Part shown: positions 49,977 to 57,778 of the stretch, in pieces
Layout of the letters: every line of letters starts with the position of its first letter
Position numbering within the stretch: position 1 is the first letter of the stretch
NCBI GenBank assembly: GCA_964532505.1
Contig: CAZHIF010000006.1
Coordinates: forward strand, 13,558-77,557
DNA: 64,000 nucleotides
From: an uncultured Candidatus Peribacteria bacterium
GTDB taxonomy: Bacteria > Patescibacteriota > Gracilibacteria > CAIRYL01
Direction: 5' to 3'
Made by a program: the position numbers and the translations under genes
Notes under the pieces: model-generated
Databases searched by the model: none
Seen by the model: the letters and a program-made list of their open reading frames with translations, nothing else
What the model was told of the DNA's origin: nothing

Positions 49977-50738
49977 TTAATGCTCCGCCTCTGTCATTGC
50001 CATTTTCATAAACACTGTTGTGAGTATTGCAAAAACCGCAGCTTGCACAAGACCAACAAACACCTCCAATACATAAAAAGGAAGTGGTACAAAATATGGC
50101 ACTAAGCTAATCATCACCATGAGCAAAACCTCTCCCGCAAATATATTTCCAAAAAGTCGAAATGAAAAAGAAAGAATTTTTGCTATTTCACTAATTAACT
50201 CCAAAATTCCAACAACTGTTCCAATAAAGTAAGGCTTATGAAAAGGACTTACAAAAAACTTTTTCGCATACCCTCGCATCCCAAGAGCTACAATTCCTAC
50301 AAATTGAATTGTAAAAAAAACTATCAAAGAAAGAGCAATCGTAAAATTGAGATCGGCAGAGGTGCTGCGAAAAAATGGAATAATAGTATGATGACCATTG
50401 TGAACTCCTTCAACTCCAACAGACCCAACCCCTGGAATAAGCCCTGCCCAGTTGGAAAATAAAACAAAAAAGAAAATAGTCATTACCAAAGGAAGTGCTT
50501 TTCTTGTATGCTCTGCGTTTTTCATAACAGAGTTAATCGTTGACGACGTAAAGTCAAAAACCGACTCAACCAATCCTTGCACTCGCCCTGGAACTTCTTT
50601 TTTTTTAGAAACTACATAGGTAAGAAACCACATCAAAAAAACACTTACCAATAACCCTGTAAGCATAGAATTAGTAATGGATGCAGCACCTATTGTAAAT
50701 ATTTGCTCTGCCTGAATAGAAATAGGTGGAATATTCAC
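49977..50738 (-). CDS. atpB: Fo ATP synthase a subunit (GTG start)
   Basis: SFSFRLFGNIFAGE (essential Arg motif); polytopic; first gene of the operon. Confidence 0.9.
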   Translation of the reverse strand: MNIPPISIQAEQIFTIGAASITNSMLTGLLVSVFLMWFLTYVVSKKKEVPGRVQGLVESVFDFTSSTINSVMKNAEHTRKALPLVMTIFFFVLFSNWAGLIPGVGSVGVEGVHNGHHTIIPFFRSTSADLNFTIALSLIVFFTIQFVGIVALGMRGYAKKFFVSPFHKPYFIGTVVGILELISEIAKILSFSFRLFGNIFAGEVLLMVMISLVPYFVPLPFYVLEVFVGLVQAAVFAILTTVFMKMAMTEAEH

Positions 50739-50832
50739 AAAAAACCTATGAAAGTAAAAAAATAATCATTTGCACTCTATCAAAAAAATACTTAAAAAGT
50801 CAAAAAGAAAAATTTGAAAAAATAAGAAGGTA

Positions 50833-50841
50833 TGATACACT
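50833..50841 (+). promoter_or_regulatory. extended -10 element TGATACACT upstream of rny
   Basis: TGnTACACT, but about 160 nt upstream of ATG 51000, so the assignment is tentative. Confidence 0.3.
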
Positions 50842-50999
50842 AAAAAAAGAAGAGAGAGAAAAGGAGAAGAAGTGCTATTTACCTACCCCAGTTGTGATTC
50901 ATACATCATTACATTTTAGTATAAAGCCACCTCTTATAGCTCTGCGATAAAGAGTTATCTTTTTTGATTTCTTCATATCACTCTATTATTTTTACTGAT

Positions 51000-52574
51000 A
51001 TGACGAATATTATTATAGCCATTGTTTTTCTCCTCATTGGAGGTGTGGCAGGAGGATTTTTCCTCAAATGGAAATACAAGCAAGAACTGAAAACAAAAAT
51101 CAAAGCGGAGCTTTTTGACGTGGAAAAACAAATCGCCGACGCCGAAAAAAAACTTCTAAGGCTCGAAAAAGAAACAACAGAAAAAGAGCGAGAAGCGGAT
51201 AAAAAAGCGCAAGAAATTATTTCTAAAGCCCAAAGCGAAGGAGATAGGCGAAAAAATGAAATTCAAAAACAAGAATTAGAATTGGAAAAAGAAGTGGCTC
51301 GAATGGAAGAAAAAGAAAAAGGACTTGATGAAAAGGTGAAAGAAGTGGAACGGCAAAAAGGGATTGCACTCGATATGCAAAAAAACCTAGAAGAAGAAAG
51401 TGAAAAATTGAAAAAATTGATTGCAGACGAACAAATCGAACTACAAAAAATTTCTGGACTTTCTCCAGAAGAAGCAAAGCAAAAGATGTTTGACATCATC
51501 GAAAAAACAGCAGAGCAAGATTTGGTAACCAAAATGCACCGAATGGAAGAACGGCTAAAAGCGGAATTGCAAGATAAAGCGAGGCACACCATTGTGAGTG
51601 CAATACAGAGAATCGCATCTGATGTGACAACAGAAACAACGGTGTCTCAAGTGGAGCTCGAGAATGATGAAATGAAAGGGCGAATCATTGGGAAAGAAGG
51701 AAGAAATATCAATGCCTTCGAACGGGCAACGGGGGTAAATTTGGTAATTGATGATACTCCAAATGTTGTAATCCTTTCATCCTTTGACCCACTCAGAAGA
51801 TACTTAGCTGCCGAAGTGTTGAAAGAACTTCTGGAAGATGGTCGGATTCATCCTGCTCGAATTGAAGAAGTTATGAAGAAAAAACAAGCGGAAGTGGATA
51901 AAATGATTGAAAAATTAGGAGAGGAAGCAATATTTGAAACCGGAGTGACGGGAATTCCTCATGACTTAGTGAAGATTTTAGGACGACTCCATTTCAGAAC
52001 GTCATACGGACAAAATGTATTACGACACTCAATAGAATGTGCATTCATTGCGGAAGGAATAGCACATCTTCTAGGAGCAAATCCTGAACTCGCCAAAAAA
52101 GCAGCCTTACTTCATGATCTTGGGAAAACACTTTCTCATGAGATGGGAGGAAAACACGCATTGCTTTCTGGGGAAATCGCACGAAAATTCCAGCTCGATG
52201 AAGATTTAGTGCATGCCATCGAAGCGCATCATGAAGATATGCCACTCAGAACAATAGAAGCGTTTATCGTGCAAGCATCAGATGCCATTTCTGCTTCTCG
52301 ACCAGGAGCAAGAAAAGAAACCTCTGAAAAATTCATCAAACGAATGGTGGAATTGGAAGGAATTGCGACGTCATACAAAGGAGTGCAAAAATGCTACGCC
52401 ATGTCGGCAGGACGAGAAATGTGGCTATTTGTTAATCCAGAAGAACTGTCTGACTTGGAAACATCAAAGCTTTCTTGGGATATCACCAGAAGAATTGAAA
52501 GCGATGTGCAGTATCCGGGAGAGATTAGAGTAGTAATGATTCGAGAAACACGATTTGTACACACAGCAACGTAA
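51000..52574 (+). CDS. rny: ribonuclease Y
   Basis: N-terminal TM, Lys/Glu coiled coil, KH domain GRIIGKEGRNINAFE, HD domain HSIECAF...LLHDLGK. Confidence 0.9.
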   Translation: MTNIIIAIVFLLIGGVAGGFFLKWKYKQELKTKIKAELFDVEKQIADAEKKLLRLEKETTEKEREADKKAQEIISKAQSEGDRRKNEIQKQELELEKEVARMEEKEKGLDEKVKEVERQKGIALDMQKNLEEESEKLKKLIADEQIELQKISGLSPEEAKQKMFDIIEKTAEQDLVTKMHRMEERLKAELQDKARHTIVSAIQRIASDVTTETTVSQVELENDEMKGRIIGKEGRNINAFERATGVNLVIDDTPNVVILSSFDPLRRYLAAEVLKELLEDGRIHPARIEEVMKKKQAEVDKMIEKLGEEAIFETGVTGIPHDLVKILGRLHFRTSYGQNVLRHSIECAFIAEGIAHLLGANPELAKKAALLHDLGKTLSHEMGGKHALLSGEIARKFQLDEDLVHAIEAHHEDMPLRTIEAFIVQASDAISASRPGARKETSEKFIKRMVELEGIATSYKGVQKCYAMSAGREMWLFVNPEELSDLETSKLSWDITRRIESDVQYPGEIRVVMIRETRFVHTAT

Positions 52575-52593
52575 TCTTGAAAAAAATGGAGTG

Positions 52594-52626
52594 CAAAAAA
52601 AGAGTGCCCAGACGTGGTACTCTTTT
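52594..52626. terminator. bidirectional terminator between convergent rny and nadK
   Basis: AAAGAGTGCC / CAGACGT / GGTACTCTTT (10 bp, one G-U pair) flanked by an A-run and a T-run. Confidence 0.7.
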
Positions 52627-52646
52627 CTTAGGAGCCATTATTTGAT

Positions 52647-53507
52647 CTACCCCCATCCCAATTTTTCTCGCAATGTTGAAAAATATGATTCTTCTTTTTG
52701 CCGCAAAAACACAAGAGGTGATGCATGCTTTTTAATGCGGAGTGTGGCACCAGAAGGGAATGGAAAATATTTCTGCCCGTCTACTGAGATGAGCATGTGA
52801 GCATCAGATTGTACTGAAATAGTTTTTTCGGAAGAAAGTACTATCGAACGCTGAGAAAACCCTGCAGGAGCAAGTGGTGTCATCACAAGGCCTTGAGTGT
52901 CGATGGCAACGATGGGACCTCCTGCAGCGAGATTATAGGCAGTTGATCCAGTGGGAGATGCAATAATAATCCCATCTGCTCTATAGGTAGTAAGAAACTC
53001 ATTATCCACCCATGTGGAAAGATGCCGAAGCCGTGCAATTCCTGCATGATGGATAGTGCACTCATTGAGTGCATAAAACGTTTTTATCTCACCATTTTTA
53101 TCTTCAACACTTCCTTCTAACACCATTCGTTTATCTTCTGAAACCCCTTGATAAGCAAAAATATTCTCCAGCGCTTGTGGCGCTTCTTCTGGCAAAACAG
53201 ATGAAAAAAATCCTATATTCCCAGCATGCACTCCAACGATCGGTGTTTCAAAAATCTTCGGAGCATATTCATGCAAAGATCGGAGCAATGTTCCATCTCC
53301 TCCCAAAAAAATAAAGAGATCCAGCGTAATATTCTTGGATATTCTTTTTTTTTGTACAGGATCGAGCTGATCTCCCAATGTCAAAAGTGTTGTATCACTC
53401 AAAAATACTTCTTTTCCCGAATTGCGTAAAAATTCTAGCAACGAAAGCGCCTTCAAGACCACTTCGGGCGTTGCCACCTGCCGAAGAGAAAACCCAATAG
53501 ACTTCAA
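52647..53507 (-). CDS. nadK: NAD kinase (start uncertain: TTG 53507 favoured; ORF is open up to 53615)
   Basis: GGDGTLL, ALNECTI, ASPTGSTAYNLAAGGPIV. Confidence 0.85.
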   Translation of the reverse strand: MKSIGFSLRQVATPEVVLKALSLLEFLRNSGKEVFLSDTTLLTLGDQLDPVQKKRISKNITLDLFIFLGGDGTLLRSLHEYAPKIFETPIVGVHAGNIGFFSSVLPEEAPQALENIFAYQGVSEDKRMVLEGSVEDKNGEIKTFYALNECTIHHAGIARLRHLSTWVDNEFLTTYRADGIIIASPTGSTAYNLAAGGPIVAIDTQGLVMTPLAPAGFSQRSIVLSSEKTISVQSDAHMLISVDGQKYFPFPSGATLRIKKHASPLVFLRQKEESYFSTLREKLGWG

Positions 53508-53601
53508 TGCGTATGTAAATAATGAACAATGAACAATATAACAAGGAAAAACTAAAATGGAAAAGTGGAAAAATTCACAGCTATGGAAATAAGTAGAAAA
53601 T

Positions 53602-53610
53602 TGATATACT
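53602..53610 (+). promoter_or_regulatory. extended -10 element TGATATACT upstream of rpe
   Basis: TGnTATACT 42 nt upstream of ATG 53653. Confidence 0.4.
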
Positions 53611-53629
53611 GACAATGCTTTATTTTATA

Positions 53630-53639
53630 ATTCGTAATT
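53630..53639 (+). repeat. ATTCGTAATT motif copy
   Basis: In the predicted 5' leader of rpe, 14 nt upstream of the ATG. Confidence 0.8.
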
Positions 53640-53652
53640 TTGCAATTTCAGT

Positions 53653-54300
53653 ATGTCTTCTCCTCAAATTTTTCCGTCTCTTCTCTCCGCTAATGCAGGC
53701 AGTTTTCAGGCCGAAATAGACCGAATGGATCCATTTACCGATGGAATTCATTTTGATGTGATGGATGGGCATTTTGTACCCAATATCACCTTTGGATCGC
53801 CAGTCCTAAAGCATTTGCAAACAAAAAATTTTTTCGATGTGCATTTGATGATTGAAAACGCAGATCAATATATCGAAAATTTTGTGGAAGCGGGTGCTGC
53901 GATGATTTCCGTGCATGGCGAAAACAATCCTCATGTGCACCGCACGCTTCAGCTCATCAAAAGTTTTGGAGTGAAGGCAGGAATTGCCATCAACCCAGCT
54001 ACTTCTTTTGAAACAGCAAAAGAATGGATTCGGTTTGCTGATTTTGTGCTGGTGATGAGCGTGAATCCAGGATTTGGAGGGCAAACGTTTATTCCAGAAA
54101 CCCTTGATAAAATCCGAACAATTCGTTCACATTTTCCAGATACTCCTATTGAAGTGGATGGCGGAGTGAACAGCAAAACCGCTAGCGCCATTGTGGAAGC
54201 AGGGGCAACGATACTTGTTTCTGGAAGCTATTTGTTTGGAGCGGAAGATTTGGCACATGCAGTGGCACAATTGAAATACCATTCAAATTTTTCCTCTTGA
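53653..54300 (+). CDS. rpe: ribulose-phosphate 3-epimerase
   Basis: IHFDVMDGHFVPNITFG, HLMIE, MSVNPGFGGQ, VDGGV. Confidence 0.9.
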   Translation: MSSPQIFPSLLSANAGSFQAEIDRMDPFTDGIHFDVMDGHFVPNITFGSPVLKHLQTKNFFDVHLMIENADQYIENFVEAGAAMISVHGENNPHVHRTLQLIKSFGVKAGIAINPATSFETAKEWIRFADFVLVMSVNPGFGGQTFIPETLDKIRTIRSHFPDTPIEVDGGVNSKTASAIVEAGATILVSGSYLFGAEDLAHAVAQLKYHSNFSS

Positions 54301-54304
54301 AATC

Positions 54305-54553
54305 ATGACTCCCATTCTTCGCCGTTGTGCCTTCACTAAAATACTTCTCCCTCGAGAGCAAATGATTCGTCTTGTTCGAACGAAAGATGGCATGTTGCAT
54401 CGTGATGAGAAAAATATGCTAAAAGGGCGTTCTGTGCACATCGCTCAAACTGAAAACGCAATATCCCAATTGAAAAATCCTAAAAAAATTCCATATTTAG
54501 CACACTTGTTGAAAATACCAGTGGAAGTAGTGAAAAATTTTTTATCCTTTTAA
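54305..54553 (+). CDS. ylxR: YlxR-family (DUF448) RNA-binding protein
   Basis: RRCAFTKILLPREQMIRLV....G....D......GRS.HI pattern; 82 aa. Confidence 0.7.
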   Translation: MTPILRRCAFTKILLPREQMIRLVRTKDGMLHRDEKNMLKGRSVHIAQTENAISQLKNPKKIPYLAHLLKIPVEVVKNFLSF

Positions 54554-54556
54554 TAT

Positions 54557-55747
54557 ATGAGCACCCTTCTTCACCTCCTCCAAAAAACAAAGCTCTCCAG
54601 CCGAAAAACCACACTGCTTTCTACTCAACAAAAAAATGATATTCTGCATGCTTTGGCAGAAAAGCTCGAACATAATGCCAACGATATAACGATGGCAAAT
54701 GCCAAGGATTTGGAAATATTGGGAGATTCTCCCATGAAAGATCGACTTCTGTTGAACCTCGAACGGATACAAAATATTGCCCAAGAAGTGCGTAATGTAG
54801 CATCATTGCCAGATCCTGTTGGAGAAATTTTACCATCTCCCATTCCCCTTTCCAGTTTCAATCTGCAAAAAATAAGAGTGCCATTTGGAGTAGTAGCAAT
54901 GATCTACGAATCTCGACCGAATGTGACAATTGATGCCTTTTCTCTGGCGTTTAAAAGTGGAAATGCCGTGGTACTCAAAGGAGGGCGTGAAGCGTTTCAT
55001 TCTAATACTGCATTGGTGAAATGCATAACAGAAGTGTTAGAACCGTTGCATTTAGAAGACGCCTTGTGTTTTTTGGGTAATGCTTCGCGAGAAGAAACAA
55101 AAGAACTAATGCAGGCAAAAGGACTTATTGATGTTTTAATTCCTCGCGGAGGAAAAGGGCTTATCAAAGCAGTAGTAGAGAATGCAACGGTTCCAGTAAT
55201 CGAAACAGGAGCAAGTGTGGTGCACACATTTGTGGACGCATCGGCAGATTTTGAAATGGCAAAAAATAATATCATCAATGAAAAAACAAGGCGGGTTTCT
55301 GTTTGCAATGCGCTCGACACCCTGCTGATTCATGAAAATATTGCAGAAGCATTTTTACCGTTTATCAAAAAACACTTAGAAGAAGCCCATGTTCGCATTC
55401 ATGAAAAAAATGTAGATTTTTCAACAGAATGGCTTGATTATGATATTGCCATTAAAGTGGTAAAAAATCTTGATGAAGCATTAGAGCATATTTATAAGTA
55501 TTCACTGGGACATTCCGAAAGTATCATTACAGAAGATCCAGAGAACGCCGAGAGATTTTTAAATGAAGTGGATGCTGCCTGTGTGTATCACAATGCTTCC
55601 ACTGCTTTTTCCGACGGAGCACAATTTGGATTGGGGGCCGAAATTGGAATTTCAACGCAAAAATTACATGCTCGAGGACCATTCGCATTAGAAGGACTTA
55701 CGACCTATAAATGGAAAATTCGAGGACATGGAGAAATCAGAAAATAA
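54557..55747 (+). CDS. proA: gamma-glutamyl phosphate reductase
   Basis: LPDPVGE, VAMIYESRPNVTIDA, LKGG.EA, CNALDTLLIH (catalytic Cys). Confidence 0.85.
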   Translation: MSTLLHLLQKTKLSSRKTTLLSTQQKNDILHALAEKLEHNANDITMANAKDLEILGDSPMKDRLLLNLERIQNIAQEVRNVASLPDPVGEILPSPIPLSSFNLQKIRVPFGVVAMIYESRPNVTIDAFSLAFKSGNAVVLKGGREAFHSNTALVKCITEVLEPLHLEDALCFLGNASREETKELMQAKGLIDVLIPRGGKGLIKAVVENATVPVIETGASVVHTFVDASADFEMAKNNIINEKTRRVSVCNALDTLLIHENIAEAFLPFIKKHLEEAHVRIHEKNVDFSTEWLDYDIAIKVVKNLDEALEHIYKYSLGHSESIITEDPENAERFLNEVDAACVYHNASTAFSDGAQFGLGAEIGISTQKLHARGPFALEGLTTYKWKIRGHGEIRK

Positions 55748-55762
55748 TTTTTATCTATTCTC

Positions 55763-56281
55763 ATGAAAGAAATAGAAGCAAAAGCGTGGCTAAAAGGAAT
55801 AAAACACCAAGAAGTAAAGATTTTTTTGCACACGTACGCAACATTTATAAAAAATACTCACAAAGAAGATCAGATGTATGCATTTCATGGTACAGATCTG
55901 AACGATCTTTTTCGTATTCGAAACGAAGAAGGAACAACAATTATTACCCAAAAAGAAAAACACATCACTCCAGAAGGAATGGAGATGAACGACGAACATG
56001 AGTTTTGCGTGAAAGAACCAGACGCGTTTAAAAACTTTATGAGCAGCAAAGGATATTCGTTGGCATATCAGAAAACAAAAACCGTACAGCAATACCGCTT
56101 CGAAAATCTCTTGGTAGAAATAGTCGATATAGAAGGATTAGGAAGTTTTTTAGAAGTAGAAAGCCTAGTAGAAGACGAAGAACAAGCAATATCAGCTATT
56201 ACTTTATTTTTTGCACGATTTAGTATGGAAAACGAAATAGAGCCAAGACCATATGGAGTACTTTTAACTTCTGTGGAATAG
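55763..56281 (+). CDS. CYTH-domain protein (class IV adenylate cyclase / triphosphatase fold)
   Basis: N-terminal EIEAK (ExExK) motif; C-terminal LVEIVDIEGLGSFLEVE. Confidence 0.7.
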   Translation: MKEIEAKAWLKGIKHQEVKIFLHTYATFIKNTHKEDQMYAFHGTDLNDLFRIRNEEGTTIITQKEKHITPEGMEMNDEHEFCVKEPDAFKNFMSSKGYSLAYQKTKTVQQYRFENLLVEIVDIEGLGSFLEVESLVEDEEQAISAITLFFARFSMENEIEPRPYGVLLTSVE

Positions 56282-56304
56282 GTTTTTGCTATAGAAAAAA
56301 TAAA

Positions 56305-56332
56305 CAAAAAAGAGGATTTCCCCTCTTTTTTT
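56305..56332. terminator. bidirectional terminator between convergent CYTH gene and nusG
   Basis: AAAAAGAGG / ATTTCC / CCTCTTTTT with flanking A- and T-runs. Confidence 0.65.
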
Positions 56333-56358
56333 AAAAAACAATGAAAGACTGCTTTTCC

Positions 56359-56985
56359 TTATTTTTTCTTCACTTCGTTAAACGCCACTTCCACAGGAGT
56401 GTCTCGTTCAAACACATTGACCATCACAATAAGTCGACCTCTTTCAATGTTCACTTCAGTCACTTTTCCTTCAAATGATGCAAATGGTCCAGATGAGATG
56501 GCAACCAAATCTCCCACCGAAAATTCTTCTTTGAACTTTGGCTTTTCTTCTCCCATTCGCACTTTAATAATCCCAAATTCTTCAGGACTCACCGCCACAG
56601 GAATATTCCCAGACCCCACAAATCCTGTTACACTTGGTGTGTTTCGCACCAAATACCACGAGTCATCGGTGACAATCATGTCGACCAAAACATATCCTGG
56701 GAAAATACATTTTTTCCGAGAGATAGGCTTCCCTTGGCGCATATGCACTTCGCTTTCTTTAGGAACCACCACTTCAAAAATTTTATCCTGCATGTGGAAG
56801 GTTTCGATTCGAGTTTGAATCGACTTTTTTACGGCATCTTCATATCCAGAATAGGTGTGGATAGCATACCACTGCCTCCCCTGAGAAGAATCTTGCCGAC
56901 CTCGTTGCACTCTTGCAAAATAATCAACTTCGGTTCTTACCTCCGTAGATTTTTTGGAAGTGTTTTTAGCAATATCATCTGTCAT
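56359..56985 (-). CDS. nusG: transcription termination/antitermination factor NusG (about 38-aa N-terminal extension)
   Basis: WYAIHTYSGYE NGN start; KOW motif GDLVAISSGPFASFEGKV. Confidence 0.9.
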   Translation of the reverse strand: MTDDIAKNTSKKSTEVRTEVDYFARVQRGRQDSSQGRQWYAIHTYSGYEDAVKKSIQTRIETFHMQDKIFEVVVPKESEVHMRQGKPISRKKCIFPGYVLVDMIVTDDSWYLVRNTPSVTGFVGSGNIPVAVSPEEFGIIKVRMGEEKPKFKEEFSVGDLVAISSGPFASFEGKVTEVNIERGRLIVMVNVFERDTPVEVAFNEVKKK

Positions 56986-57003
56986 GCTATCAGAAAAGAA
57001 AAA

Positions 57004-57192
57004 CTACAATACTTGGTACAGCGTTCTAAAAAATCCACTCAACACAAAGTCTGTGATAAAAAAGAGGAGCGTAAAAACAACCAAAAACCAAAAAACAATC
57101 TTTGTAAGCCGAAAGGCTTCTTTTTCGGTTGGCCATGTCACATTTCGAATTTCGTGAAAGGCTCCTTTAAAATATGAGACAAAAGCATTCAT
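57004..57192 (-). CDS. secE: preprotein translocase subunit SecE
   Basis: 62 aa; EIRNVTWPTEKE followed by a single TM helix; lies upstream of nusG. Confidence 0.85.
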   Translation of the reverse strand: MNAFVSYFKGAFHEIRNVTWPTEKEAFRLTKIVFWFLVVFTLLFFITDFVLSGFFRTLYQVL

Positions 57193-57203
57193 AAAAAAAT
57201 AGA

Positions 57204-57476
57204 TTATGATTGTTGGGTTGCAGAAGCAATAGCAGAAGCAATTTGAGACTTCTTTCGAGCAGCATTGTTTTTATGGATAATATTTCGCTTTGCTGCCATG
57301 TCGATTGCTTTTTGAGCTTCGTCAAAATGGTGTTGTGCTTTATCCACTTTTCCATCAGAAATCCATTTTGCAATGTTTTTCACCATAGTAAGCATTCGGG
57401 TTTTAACCCCAAGGTTTCGCTGTCGTGCGCTTTCTGAAAGCTCAGCTCGTTTTTTTGCAGATTTAATAATCGGCAT
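57204..57476 (-). CDS. rpsT: 30S ribosomal protein S20
   Basis: MPIIKSAKKRAE.SE..R.RN; IIHKNNAARKKS. Confidence 0.85.
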   Translation of the reverse strand: MPIIKSAKKRAELSESARQRNLGVKTRMLTMVKNIAKWISDGKVDKAQHHFDEAQKAIDMAAKRNIIHKNNAARKKSQIASAIASATQQS

Positions 57477-57528
57477 AGAGAATAAAATAAAAAAAGAAAC
57501 AAATAAACAAGTGAAATAGCTCTTCTCT

Positions 57529-57603
57529 TGGTAGTGCCAAGGGGAATCGAACCCCTGTTGCCGGACTGAGAACCCAGCGTCCTAACCGCTAGACGATGGC
57601 ACC
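57529..57603 (-). tRNA. tRNA-Glu (anticodon CTC), CCA encoded
   Basis: Reverse complement GGTGCCATCGTCTAGCGGTTAGGACGCTGGGTTCTCAGTCCGGCAACAGGGGTTCGATTCCCCTTGGCACTACCA; anticodon loop TTCTCAG; G1-U72 wobble pair. Confidence 0.85.
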
Positions 57604-57724
57604 GTACCTTCAAAATATGCCTATAGCATTTTTGCAAAAAGCATTCTTACGCTTTCCTCAAAAAAAGGCAAGAGAAAAAAGTTGTCAGCGAAATTTGGAA
57701 AATACCCGATTTTTTCAAAAAAAA

Positions 57725-57753
57725 TTGCAAAAAACAAAGAAATCTGATATAAT
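57725..57753 (+). promoter_or_regulatory. strong sigma70-like promoter TTGCAA-N17-(TGa)TATAAT for the mosaic surface-protein gene
   Basis: -35 at 57725..57730, TG at 57745..57746, -10 at 57748..57753. The first ATG downstream of the predicted transcription start is 57779. Confidence 0.55.
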
Positions 57754-57778
57754 GATGAGAAATTTTTACAAAAAAAAT

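Noticed and set aside
57596-57778. The ORF-track start 57596 (and ATG 57752) for the mosaic protein
   Set aside because: The extension overlaps tRNA-Glu (57529..57603) and runs through the TTGCAA-N17-TATAAT promoter. ATG 57752 lies inside the -10 box. ATG 57779 is the first ATG after the predicted transcription start, and it begins a proper signal anchor.
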